From positions 1,020,001-1,052,000 of the forward strand of contig NZ_CP017260.1 of NCBI RefSeq assembly GCF_001735745.1: a DNA stretch of 32,000 bases. The letters run 5' to 3'. A program made the translations under genes and the position numbers. Numbering within the stretch: the first letter of the stretch is position 1; each line of letters begins with the position of its first letter. A model generated the notes under the pieces. The model did not search any database. It was not told where the DNA came from and saw only the letters and a program-made list of their open reading frames with translations. Positions 10,449-19,387 of this stretch are shown here, piece by piece. The stretch comes from Formosa sp. Hel1_33_131. Its GTDB lineage: Bacteria > Bacteroidota > Bacteroidia > Flavobacteriales > Flavobacteriaceae.

Positions 10449-11075
10449 ATGTTTTATCGTAATAACACAGCACTTGTAGCGTTGTTTGTTTTTGCCGCTA
10501 TAAGCTTTCAGACTTTATCCCATGCACAGTTAAATACCGTAACTGCTGGCAGTGCCTCAGACTTAGGAGGCAATTGTTATGAAATCACTCCTGATCAGGT
10601 TTACCTCTCTGTTGTAAATTCAATATTTTCTCCTACAATCACAACAACCTTTACAGTTAGCATTACCGACATTTGTGAAGACGTCACAACCGAGTGTGTT
10701 TTAATCACCGTCAATCCAACTATTACTCCAACATTTACACCAATAAACCCTATTTGTGAAGGAACTATTTTATTGAATTTACCAACCATATCAAATAATG
10801 GCTTTAGGGACACCTGATCTCCTGCCGCAAATAATAAAGTACCTACAGATTACTCCTTTACCCCCCAACCCCAATTCCGGGTGTTTGCTGTAATGATGGT
10901 AAAATGACCATTACAGTTTTTACAAAAGCAATCCTACTATTTACCCAAGTTGACCCCTTTTTTGCCTACGATTTCCAATGGTGGGATTATTGGTGTTTGT
11001 AGTCCTTCATTAAATAATTTAGAAAATACATTGAGGAAATTTCACTTAAAAAGTGGAGAGAATGCGTAAAGGGTA
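10449..11075 (+). pseudogene. Decayed 5' remnant of a fourth adhesin paralog (signal peptide, lectin domain deleted, degenerate repeats)
   Basis: ORF 10449..10817 has a signal peptide (ALVALFVFAAISFQTLSHAQ) and GGNCYEITPDQ, matching GDDCYRITTSDQ in the intact copies. It then jumps directly to SPTITTTFTVSITDICEDVTTECVLITVNP, matching TPTTTTTYTVSISDVCGDVTTEDVTINVNP, so about 230 aa of lectin domain are missing. A stop follows NNGFRDT. Downstream out-of-frame relics are SPAANNKVPTDYSFTP and LPTISNGGIIGVCSPSLNN...SGENA. Confidence 0.75.
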
Positions 11076-11144
11076 AGAAAACAAAATACGCTAAATCTAG
11101 AGTTACAAATAATCAATTTAAACTAAAAATTAAAAAACTAAGCT

Positions 11145-11483
11145 ATGAAAAACCTAATCCACATTATTATTTTTATGTTTGGAATTTCCATGTTAGGACA
11201 AACATTTATTCTACAAGAACGCGATAAACAATTACATTTTGCAGCTGGGAGTTTTGCTGGAGTGTTAGGTTACAGTTGGTCATATCATAGGTACCATAAT
11301 AAAACTAAAGCTATAATTACAGGTTTATGTACTTCACTTGTAGCTGGCGTTGCTAAAGAAGTATATGATAACTATCAAGGAGGCATTTTTGATAAAAGAG
11401 ATATATTAGCAACTGGAATGGGTGGAGTATTTGTAACATTTACAATACCACTATTTCAAAATAAAAAGAATAGGTCACAGTAG
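11145..11483 (+). CDS. Small YfiM/DUF2279-like membrane protein or lipoprotein (112 aa)
   Basis: ATG start and hydrophobic N-terminus. The pattern DKQLHFAAGSFAGVLG ... GLCTSLVAGVAKEVYD ... GIFDKRDILATGMGG parallels E. coli YfiM (DKAQHF...GASKELWD...WSWKDFAWDVAG). The assignment rests on motif memory only. Confidence 0.55.
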   Translation: MKNLIHIIIFMFGISMLGQTFILQERDKQLHFAAGSFAGVLGYSWSYHRYHNKTKAIITGLCTSLVAGVAKEVYDNYQGGIFDKRDILATGMGGVFVTFTIPLFQNKKNRSQ

Positions 11484-11578
11484 GAATTACATGTTCTAGT
11501 TTCGATCTATTTTATGCAGTTCATGTTAAGATTCTGTAAGAGGCAAAACAACAATAACTAAATCATTATTATAAATAC

Positions 11579-11760
11579 AATCCATCAAAATTAGCGATAC
11601 AAACCTATCGGAAGAATTAATGTCAATAAAACTATTTCAGCAATGGCATCGAGTAGATGTGGTACTTATGAATATCAATTAGATGGAGTAGATTGCCAAA
11701 CGAGTTCAGTATTTGAAAATGTGATTGGATGTGATGATCATAGGATGGAAATAGGGATTT
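11579..11760 (+). pseudogene. Decayed 3' remnant of the fourth adhesin paralog (SprB-like segment only; T9SS CTD absent)
   Basis: Nucleotide similarity to 81-270 of copy 1. tcggaagaattaatgtcaat...ggtacttatgaatatcaattagatgg translates to ...CGTYEYQLDGVDCQTSSVFENVIGCDDH, compared with GGSGTYEYQLDGGVWQSNATFEYVIGCQEH. There is no continuous ORF and no FPKFFTPNGDG domain after it. Confidence 0.7.
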
Positions 11761-11818
11761 GTTCATTAATGTATAAATTTAGATTGCACCAATTTTGACA
11801 AAAATCACACCAAAATAA

Positions 11819-14800
11819 TCAGAAATATGCTTTTAACTGCACAGTCCCCGTATGGATGGTGCGACTGGTTTCACTCTTTCTGCCAAAATAATTGATATTC
11901 AGATCTAAGAACTTCGTCAGTTTTTTTTGCGCAATTAAAGACCACGTAAAGTTAGTGCCAGGCTGTAAGCCTTCCATCATTTGGTAGGCAACCGGCGTAT
12001 TGGCATTTCCAGAAAAATCATTTGAAAAATAATTAAACTCTCCTGTAATGGCGGCTTTCTGATTTTGGGTTAGCGTAAACGATACTCCATATTTCTCTTG
12101 TGTGAGTTGTTCCAAACCTCCAATAGAATTGTCTTTCTTTTGATGTTGATAATACACATCAAAGCGTTTGTTATCATCCAGTAAATAGGACAGTTTGGGA
12201 TTCAAAAGCGTTTCATTAAGTTGATAATTTTTAGATGAAAAGTTTTGGCTTGCACTTTTATTTTTATCTAAGTTCGTTTGTAAATTGAGCAACCACTGCT
12301 CTTGAATTATATGTGAAAAATTAAGCTGATGACTAAACGTTTCCTGTTCCACATACCCAAATGACAACACATTCCGAGCGTTGGATTCCGAATAACTGTA
12401 GGAAACCGTATAATGTTGCTTCCCTCTGTTGTAAAACAACTGATTTCTAAAATTCGATTGCAATGCCAACTGATCTTCCGACGTTGAATGAAACGGATTT
12501 AGACGGATGGATGCACTGTTATTTTTATCCTTTCGATCGATTAAAAAAGAGGTTTGGTTATAAAAATGAGACCAAAACCGTTTGGAGGCTTGGGTCGAAT
12601 TGGCCCACTGAATTGGGTTTAAAGTCAGGGATTGACTCAGTTTATTTTGATGCGTTGGAATGTAAACTTGGTTGGGCAACAACACACGAACATAAGTCGC
12701 TAGATCTTGAAATTGAGCGATTTCAAATTCTTCTAATTCCTGAATACCGTTCTCATTATAATCGAACCAGACAAAACTTCCCTGACCAGGTTCTACTTCT
12801 ACATACGTAAAATCTTGTTGTGGCAAACGCCCTGCATTGGTTTCAAACAGTGTATTCCAATGGATCAAATTATTGACTAACTTTTGACTGTATTGCAATC
12901 GAGAATTGATTGATTTCTGAGTGGCCGTGGATGCGTTTGTAGATTTAAAAACCCTGTAATTTGCATATAAACTCAAATTCGTGTTTTGAGTTTGAATCCA
13001 TTTGGAATCCAAATAATAGGTGTCTGATGCGTTCACTTTGGCAAGGCGGTTATTCTGAATACTGTCATTCACCCTGTGAATATACCCTAGTTTCACAAAC
13101 ACCTTTGTTGAATCACCAATACCCGTAAACACTTCATAGGCTTGAAATTTCTGACTGATGGGGTCTAACTGATTTAATACAACATCCTTTTTTTCGTTGT
13201 GTTCCGTAGAAAATTTTACTCCCGACCAGCCTTTTTGATAACTGTATTTCAAGCGGTTATCAGACCTATAAAACATAGAATTCGAGTTGAATCCATCCGT
13301 TTCTAAGATGCTTGAATTCGTGTAAAACTGAAAGCGTTTCAAGTTGAGTTTTGTAAAGAGCACATGACGTCTCCCTTCGTAATTATCTTTGTAGTTCAAA
13401 TGTTGAAATTGATAATTGAACGTTCCTTTTTGGGCATGTGAAAATTTGGCACCTGCAACTGCAAAAACTTGATCGCCTAGATTAGGTACACTTTGATTTC
13501 CAGTTAGGGGTTCAACATTCCAATCCCGATTGAATTCGGGTCTGTAGAGTCTTTGGATTGTTCTGAAATCACTTTGTACATAATCGATGTCGGAAGTGAC
13601 ATCTAACGTCCAGTCTCCAGCCGTTTTAAGTAGTTGATGGTCTATAGACAGTTGACCCGCCACCCCTGTGTCATTCTCATCATCGAGCGATGAGTATAAA
13701 TTTAAGTCATTTTTACTGGCGGCAAATTCAAACTCAATAGCTGTTTTTTCATTGGGTTTAAAAGCCCCATTCACCACCGCCACTTGTAATTTTACAGGAG
13801 CAACGAGTTGCACAATCGGTTCAAAATCCCCTTGTTTGATCCCAGCTATGGGTGCGACATACTCGTAAATATTTGAAATGGCATTAGAGCTTGTTATCTT
13901 ATAATTACCTTGCATTGACCCTACCGCCGTGAAATTGACAAGGTACAATTCATCCTCAGCATTGTTTGAAAACTCAAATACTTCCACCCCGTTATCAATA
14001 ACTTTCTGATATAAAATTCGATTTTCGTTATACGCTTCAGGAGTGGCTGAAGGCGCCGTCATTAGGGTTTGGTCATCTCCTGCATTGGACAAAATCGCTA
14101 CTTGTTCCGAATTAAGAGATTGCTGAAGCGGTTGGTTTTTTAGATCATTTTCATTGTAAACAGAAACGCCCAGCGTCCATTTTTTATTTTTATAACGACT
14201 GCCCGCATACCCTATAAATCGAGAATAATTCCGCTCACTGTATTGATAATCGACCGTAATTCGCATTTCTGAATTGATGGGATAGGTGGCATTAAAAATT
14301 AGTTCCCCCGCATTATAATCAATAATATAATCCTCTGTGGCGCCACGTTGCAAAGGAATTCCATTCACATACACGGTTTCGCTTCCAGAAACCACTAAAA
14401 CATACAACTCATTATTTGGCCCAACAAGCTTATAAGGTCCTTGATTTCCTTCTTGCCCTACAAATTGACTTGATGAAAATTGACCACGCACCAAAGCTCC
14501 TGAGGCAAAAGCGGTAAACTCTGAATCTTCATTTTTAAAATTAGTGGTCAATGAAAGCCCTTGAACCCGTTTAGAAAATTTTGAGAAATAAGACTGCGTA
14601 TCTTCTAAATCAATATCCCCCGCTCTGATTCCCCAACGCTCACTAAAAACTTCAATAAACACCTGATCAAATTCATCCAACTGTTGTGAGTAACCGCTTT
14701 CCTGTAAGGGAATGTTTGAATCTTGAATGGACGCCCGCAAGGTCACTTTATCATTTAACTTGCCGCTAATTTGCAAATCAAGTTCACTGTTCAATACCGA

Positions 14801-15256
14801 ATTTTGATTGTTTCCAATAGTCACCCCTCTTGAGATACTTCCAGAAGACACCAAACCATCAAATGGCAGCACCACCCGTTTTGAGCTGGGTTGGGATAAC
14901 TGGTATAGTTTTTGAAGATTTCCAGTACTATTCACAATAATGCCTTCATCCAATTCTTGATACGTTTTGGTGATGAAACTCGGATAGCTTAAATAAGTGA
15001 CTACAATGGAATCTGTCTCCAAAGTATTAGGAAAGGTGAGCAGCGCATTTTCAAAATCTATCGTGTATAATGAGGGTGAAATAGTCTCATTTTTTAAATT
15101 TGATACAGAAAAATTAGAAGGATTAATGCTTACACTGTCAATTTGAAGGATACCGCTTACCGCTAGTTTTTTTGTCCTATAGAGAGACGACACCTCTTGA
15201 GACCAAGAATGTGTAAAAGATATAAGGAGTAAAATTGTAAAACAGTACTTCATCAT
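11819..15256 (-). CDS. Large predicted outer-membrane beta-barrel protein, family not identified (1145 aa)
   Basis: Long uninterrupted ORF with an N-terminal signal peptide (CFTILLLISFTHSWSQ). The composition is rich in alternating aromatic/polar and N/S/Q/Y residues, as is typical of beta-barrels. The C-terminus ends ...VQLKAYF with a terminal Phe. No TonB-box or plug motifs were recognised. Confidence 0.7.
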   Translation of the reverse strand: MMKYCFTILLLISFTHSWSQEVSSLYRTKKLAVSGILQIDSVSINPSNFSVSNLKNETISPSLYTIDFENALLTFPNTLETDSIVVTYLSYPSFITKTYQELDEGIIVNSTGNLQKLYQLSQPSSKRVVLPFDGLVSSGSISRGVTIGNNQNSVLNSELDLQISGKLNDKVTLRASIQDSNIPLQESGYSQQLDEFDQVFIEVFSERWGIRAGDIDLEDTQSYFSKFSKRVQGLSLTTNFKNEDSEFTAFASGALVRGQFSSSQFVGQEGNQGPYKLVGPNNELYVLVVSGSETVYVNGIPLQRGATEDYIIDYNAGELIFNATYPINSEMRITVDYQYSERNYSRFIGYAGSRYKNKKWTLGVSVYNENDLKNQPLQQSLNSEQVAILSNAGDDQTLMTAPSATPEAYNENRILYQKVIDNGVEVFEFSNNAEDELYLVNFTAVGSMQGNYKITSSNAISNIYEYVAPIAGIKQGDFEPIVQLVAPVKLQVAVVNGAFKPNEKTAIEFEFAASKNDLNLYSSLDDENDTGVAGQLSIDHQLLKTAGDWTLDVTSDIDYVQSDFRTIQRLYRPEFNRDWNVEPLTGNQSVPNLGDQVFAVAGAKFSHAQKGTFNYQFQHLNYKDNYEGRRHVLFTKLNLKRFQFYTNSSILETDGFNSNSMFYRSDNRLKYSYQKGWSGVKFSTEHNEKKDVVLNQLDPISQKFQAYEVFTGIGDSTKVFVKLGYIHRVNDSIQNNRLAKVNASDTYYLDSKWIQTQNTNLSLYANYRVFKSTNASTATQKSINSRLQYSQKLVNNLIHWNTLFETNAGRLPQQDFTYVEVEPGQGSFVWFDYNENGIQELEEFEIAQFQDLATYVRVLLPNQVYIPTHQNKLSQSLTLNPIQWANSTQASKRFWSHFYNQTSFLIDRKDKNNSASIRLNPFHSTSEDQLALQSNFRNQLFYNRGKQHYTVSYSYSESNARNVLSFGYVEQETFSHQLNFSHIIQEQWLLNLQTNLDKNKSASQNFSSKNYQLNETLLNPKLSYLLDDNKRFDVYYQHQKKDNSIGGLEQLTQEKYGVSFTLTQNQKAAITGEFNYFSNDFSGNANTPVAYQMMEGLQPGTNFTWSLIAQKKLTKFLDLNINYFGRKSETSRTIHTGTVQLKAYF

Positions 15257-15375
15257 GACTCTTAAACTAAAAACAACCTAAAATATTTTGTTGATAGTTT
15301 TCATTAAAACAAGACTAAATATTTAGGGTAAAAGTACTCTATTAATTATTTTAGCTGAAATTATTATCAGAATAG

Positions 15376-16137
15376 ATGAAAATTATTTCTTACAACGTTA
15401 ACGGGATTCGAGCTGCGCTCAAAAAAGGGTTTATAGATTGGCTAAAAAGTGCCGATCCAGACGTGATCTGTTTACAGGAAATAAAAGCCCAAGAAGACCA
15501 ACTCGATTTGAGTGTTTTTGAAGCGGCTGGTTATGCTTACAATTATTGGTTCAGTGCACAAAAAAAAGGATACAGCGGCGTGGCTATTTTATCTAAAACC
15601 AAACCAACCAATGTGGTGTTTGGAACAGGCATTGAGTCGATGGATTTTGAAGGACGTAACATTCGTGCGGATTTTGATGGCGTTTCAGTGATGAGTTTAT
15701 ACCTGCCCTCCGGAACAAACTTAGCGCGTTTAGAGCACAAACTCGAGTATATGGATTTGTTTCAAGGTTATATAAACACGCTTAAAAAAGAAGTTCCTAA
15801 TCTTGTTGTTTGTGGCGATTACAATATTTGTCATGAGGCCATTGACATTCATGATCCTGTGAGAAATAAAAATGTATCTGGGTTCCTGCCTGAAGAACGC
15901 GCTTGGATGACTCAATTTTTAAACAATGGTTTTGTAGATGCGTTTCGCGAATTTAATACAGAACCTGATAATTATAGTTGGTGGAGCTACCGTGCAAATT
16001 CGCGTGCCAATAACAAAGGCTGGCGTTTGGATTATACATTAGTTTCGCAACCATTACAAGAAAAATTAAAACGCGCCGTTATCTTATCTGAAGCGGTGCA
16101 CAGTGACCACTGTCCTGTTTTAGTTGAATTACAATAA
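15376..16137 (+). CDS. xth: Exodeoxyribonuclease III (AP endonuclease)
   Basis: MKIISYNVNGIRAA...DVICLQEIKA...GYSGVAILSK...WSYR...GWRLDY...SDHCPV is the canonical ExoIII/EEP family pattern. The length is 253 aa. Confidence 0.9.
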   Translation: MKIISYNVNGIRAALKKGFIDWLKSADPDVICLQEIKAQEDQLDLSVFEAAGYAYNYWFSAQKKGYSGVAILSKTKPTNVVFGTGIESMDFEGRNIRADFDGVSVMSLYLPSGTNLARLEHKLEYMDLFQGYINTLKKEVPNLVVCGDYNICHEAIDIHDPVRNKNVSGFLPEERAWMTQFLNNGFVDAFREFNTEPDNYSWWSYRANSRANNKGWRLDYTLVSQPLQEKLKRAVILSEAVHSDHCPVLVELQ

Positions 16138-16161
16138 ACATAATTTTATAAATTACATACA

Positions 16162-17121
16162 ATGATTAAAAGACTTTTAATTTTAACCCTCGTTATTTTT
16201 ACCTCAACCTCTTGTGTATCTTCCAAACTATACAAGGAACTAGAAGGCAAATACTCGAATCTTAAAAATGATTATGACACCTTAAATGCTGATAGCGAAA
16301 GTGTTTTAAGTGATAAAAATGCACTTCAAAATCAATTTGATCAATTGCAAAGTGAATATGATGCGACGGTTTTAGAACGCAATCAACTGCAACAAGATGT
16401 GACTGCGCTTCAGAAAAAATACGATGCACTGAATGATTCTTATACCGCCCTAGAGCAAAATAGTTCCAAAGCCATCGCTGATAATGTGCAAAAAAACAGA
16501 GAACTTTTAGCACAGTTAGACGCCAAAGAAACGGCCTTGGCAGCAGAAAATAATCGTCTTTTGAAATTAGAAGCCGACATGCAAGAACGCTCGCAACGCA
16601 TTGCAGAATTAGAAGCGCTCATCGCTTCCAAAGACCAAGCGATGCGCGACTTGAAAGATGCGATTTCAAATGCACTGACCGCTTTTGAAGGCAAAGGACT
16701 GACGGTTGAGCAACGCGATGGAAAAGTCTATGTGTCCATGGAAAATAAGTTACTTTTCAAATCGGGGAGTTGGGCTATTGGATCTGATGGACGTACTGCT
16801 ATTGAACAGCTCGGAACTGTTTTAGCTGATAACCCTGATATTGCGGTACTCATTGAAGGACATACGGATAATGATCCTTTTTCAAGTGGGGGACAAATTG
16901 CTAATAACTGGGATTTATCAACGAAACGTGCCACAGCAATCGTTCAAATTTTAAATGAAAATGAGGCGATCAACCCCGAAAGCTTAACCGCTGCTGGACG
17001 TGGTGAATTTGCACCAATTGCTACCAACGAAACGAACGAAGGTAAAGCCAGAAACAGACGTATTGAAGTAGTGTTGACACCAAAATTAGATGAAATATCA
17101 AAGCTTTTAAATAACGATTAA
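16162..17121 (+). CDS. OmpA-family lipoprotein with a long coiled-coil and a C-terminal OmpA/MotB peptidoglycan-binding domain
   Basis: Lipobox-like LVIFTSTSC. The central region is heptad-rich and Q/E/L/A-rich. The C-terminus reads IEGHTDNDP...NWDLSTKRATAIVQIL...GRGEF...NRRIEVVL. Confidence 0.85.
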   Translation: MIKRLLILTLVIFTSTSCVSSKLYKELEGKYSNLKNDYDTLNADSESVLSDKNALQNQFDQLQSEYDATVLERNQLQQDVTALQKKYDALNDSYTALEQNSSKAIADNVQKNRELLAQLDAKETALAAENNRLLKLEADMQERSQRIAELEALIASKDQAMRDLKDAISNALTAFEGKGLTVEQRDGKVYVSMENKLLFKSGSWAIGSDGRTAIEQLGTVLADNPDIAVLIEGHTDNDPFSSGGQIANNWDLSTKRATAIVQILNENEAINPESLTAAGRGEFAPIATNETNEGKARNRRIEVVLTPKLDEISKLLNND

Positions 17122-18158
17122 TGAACTACACCAAACTTCCAAGTACCGATATTAAAGTAAGTAAAATATGCCTCGGTTCTATGACCTGGGGAAATCAAAA
17201 TACAGAAGCTGAAGGCCATGCACAAATGGATTATGCGTTAGATCACGGGGTCAATTTTATTGACACTGCAGAGCTATATCCTGTGCCTGCTACCGCTGAA
17301 ACTCAAGGACGAACCAGTGAATATATTGGAACTTGGCTCAAGAAAAATAAAACTAGAGATAAGGTTATAATAGCCAGTAAAATTGCGGGAACAGGCGATT
17401 ATACAGCACATATCAGAACCAAAGGATTTAGTGCAGACACAATTAAGGAAGCTTTGGAATTAGAACTGGCACGCTTACAAACAGATTATATTGACTTGTA
17501 TCAACTCCACTGGCCAGAACGTCACACCAATACATTTGGCGTGCGCGATTTTAAACCCAGTCCAAACGATCCGTGGGTTGATAATTTTAATGAAGTCCTA
17601 CACGCTTTAAAATCCTTTGTGGATGCCGGTAAAATTAGAGCAATTGGTTTATCGAATGAAAAAGCCTGGGGCGCCATGCGCTGTGCAGAAGAAGTTCGAA
17701 AAGATAATTTAATCTCGATTAGCACCACTCAAAATGCCTATTCAATGTTGAATAGAGTGTTTGAAGGGGATTTGGCAGAAGTATCTTTAAGAGAAAATAT
17801 GGGGCTTCTAGCCTACTCTCCTTTAGCATTTGGAGTGCTTTCTGGAAAATACATTGAGGGCACTGCTGCAGACAATGCACGTCTGAAGTTGTTCCCCCGT
17901 TTTGCGCGTTATAGCAGTGAACAATCCACCGAAGCAGCCAAACAGTATTTACAACTCGCAAAAGAGTTGGGCATCAGTCTTACAACGCTTTCTTTGGCAT
18001 TTGTGAACCAAAGACCTTTTGTGACAAGTAATATTATTGGGGCTACAAATTTAGAGCAGCTAAAAGAAAACATAGCGAGTATTGATACGGAATTGTCGCA
18101 GGAAACTTTAGATCGTATCGATGCGATTCATGCAACGATTCCGAATCCAGCACCATAA
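17121..18158 (+). CDS. tas: NADP(H)-dependent aldo/keto reductase, Tas-like
   Basis: Collinear similarity to E. coli Tas as I recall it (LGSMTWGNQNTEAEGHAQMDYALDHGVNFIDTAELYPVP...ETQGRTSEYIG; LQTDYIDLYQLHWP; IGLSNE; QNAYSMLNR; FPRFARYSSEQ). The ATG overlaps the upstream TAA by 1 nt. Confidence 0.8.
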   Translation: MNYTKLPSTDIKVSKICLGSMTWGNQNTEAEGHAQMDYALDHGVNFIDTAELYPVPATAETQGRTSEYIGTWLKKNKTRDKVIIASKIAGTGDYTAHIRTKGFSADTIKEALELELARLQTDYIDLYQLHWPERHTNTFGVRDFKPSPNDPWVDNFNEVLHALKSFVDAGKIRAIGLSNEKAWGAMRCAEEVRKDNLISISTTQNAYSMLNRVFEGDLAEVSLRENMGLLAYSPLAFGVLSGKYIEGTAADNARLKLFPRFARYSSEQSTEAAKQYLQLAKELGISLTTLSLAFVNQRPFVTSNIIGATNLEQLKENIASIDTELSQETLDRIDAIHATIPNPAP

Positions 18159-18176
18159 TAATTTTTAGAAATTAAC

Positions 18177-19217
18177 TTAAGCCTTATTAGCGAGTTGTCC
18201 GCAGGCAGCGTCAATATCTTTTCCGCGTGAACGTCTAACGGTCACGGTGATGTTTTTGGCTTCTAGCATGGACACATACAAATCGATCGCCGTATCGTTG
18301 GCTTGTTGAAATTCGCCATCATCAATGGGGTTATATTCAATAAGATTGACTTTACTCGGGGCAAATTGACAAAACTTTATCAATGCCTCAATATCTGTTT
18401 TGGTATCGTTAATCCCTTCCCAAACTACATACTCATAGGTGATGATTCGGTTGGTCGCCGCATACCAATGTTGAAGCGCTTCACGTAAATCTTTCAAAGG
18501 AAAGGTTTCGTTGAATGGCATAATAGAAGTACGAACGCTGTCAATGGCTGAATGGAGTGAAACGGCTAAGTTAAACTTCACCTGATCGTCTGCCATTTTT
18601 CTAATCATTTTTGGAACTCCAGAAGTGGACACAACAATACGTTTTGGTGACATGCCCAATCCTTCTTTGGAAGTGATTTTATCAATCGCTTTAAGCACGT
18701 TATTGTAATTCATTAACGGTTCCCCCATCCCCATAAAAACAATATTAGAAAGTGGACGGTTGTGGTATAATTTACTTTGTTTATCAATGGCTACCACTTG
18801 GTCGTAAATCTCATCGGGGTTGAGATTTCGCATGCGTTTAAGACGCGAAGTTGCGCAAAATTTACAGTCAAGACTACAACCAACTTGAGAAGATACACAA
18901 GCGGTAGAACGTTTGGCAGTTGGAATCAGTACGGATTCTACAATCATTCCATCGTGGAGACGAATGCCATTTTTGATGGTTCCATCTGAGCTTCGCTGCA
19001 TAGAATCCACCTCGATATGGTTGATGCTGAAATTTTCATCCAACATCTGACGGGTGGCTTTAGACAAATTGGTCATATCTTCAAAGTGATGCGCGCCCTT
19101 TTGCCAAAGCCACTCATAAACCTGAGTACCTCTAAAAGCTTGATCTCCATGCGTAGCAAAAAAGGTTCTTAACTCCTCTTTTGATAATGCGCGTATGTCT
19201 TTTTTGGTGGAATTCAT
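18177..19217 (-). CDS. rlmN: 23S rRNA/tRNA (adenine2503-C2)-methyltransferase RlmN (radical SAM)
   Basis: Contains the radical-SAM motif CSLDCKFCAT and, at the C-terminus, RRSRGKDIDAACGQLA. The ORF track starts at a TTG (19226). I prefer the ATG at 19217 (MNSTKKDIRAL...). Confidence 0.9.
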   Translation of the reverse strand: MNSTKKDIRALSKEELRTFFATHGDQAFRGTQVYEWLWQKGAHHFEDMTNLSKATRQMLDENFSINHIEVDSMQRSSDGTIKNGIRLHDGMIVESVLIPTAKRSTACVSSQVGCSLDCKFCATSRLKRMRNLNPDEIYDQVVAIDKQSKLYHNRPLSNIVFMGMGEPLMNYNNVLKAIDKITSKEGLGMSPKRIVVSTSGVPKMIRKMADDQVKFNLAVSLHSAIDSVRTSIMPFNETFPLKDLREALQHWYAATNRIITYEYVVWEGINDTKTDIEALIKFCQFAPSKVNLIEYNPIDDGEFQQANDTAIDLYVSMLEAKNITVTVRRSRGKDIDAACGQLANKA

Positions 19218-19245
19218 ATTGGACAAAACAATTGATACCTAAAAA

Positions 19246-19376
19246 GAGGCTGTCTGGAAAGACTTTGTTTTGTCAATCTGAACTTGTTTCAGATTCTAAA
19301 AAAAATTGATTTCCAATACTCTGAGATTCTGAAACAAGTTCAGAATGACAAGTTTATTTACTTTCCAGACAGCCTC
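19246..19376. repeat. 131-bp nested palindromic (long hairpin) intergenic element between queA and rlmN
   Basis: The outer arms gaggctgtctggaaag (19246-19261) and ctttccagacagcctc (19361-19376) are perfect 16-nt complements. The inner arms tgtcaatctgaacttgtttcagattct (19271-19297) and agattctgaaacaagttcagaatgaca (19324-19350) are complementary with 2 mismatches. Each inner arm also contains its own mini-palindrome tctgaa-N5-ttcaga. Confidence 0.85.
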
Positions 19377-19387
19377 ATAATTTTTAA

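Noticed and set aside
12463-13868. Plus-strand ORFs 12463..12810 and 13668..13868 inside the 1145-aa minus-strand gene
   Set aside because: They are fully nested antisense to a long, well-supported ORF and carry no motifs. They are typical shadow ORFs.
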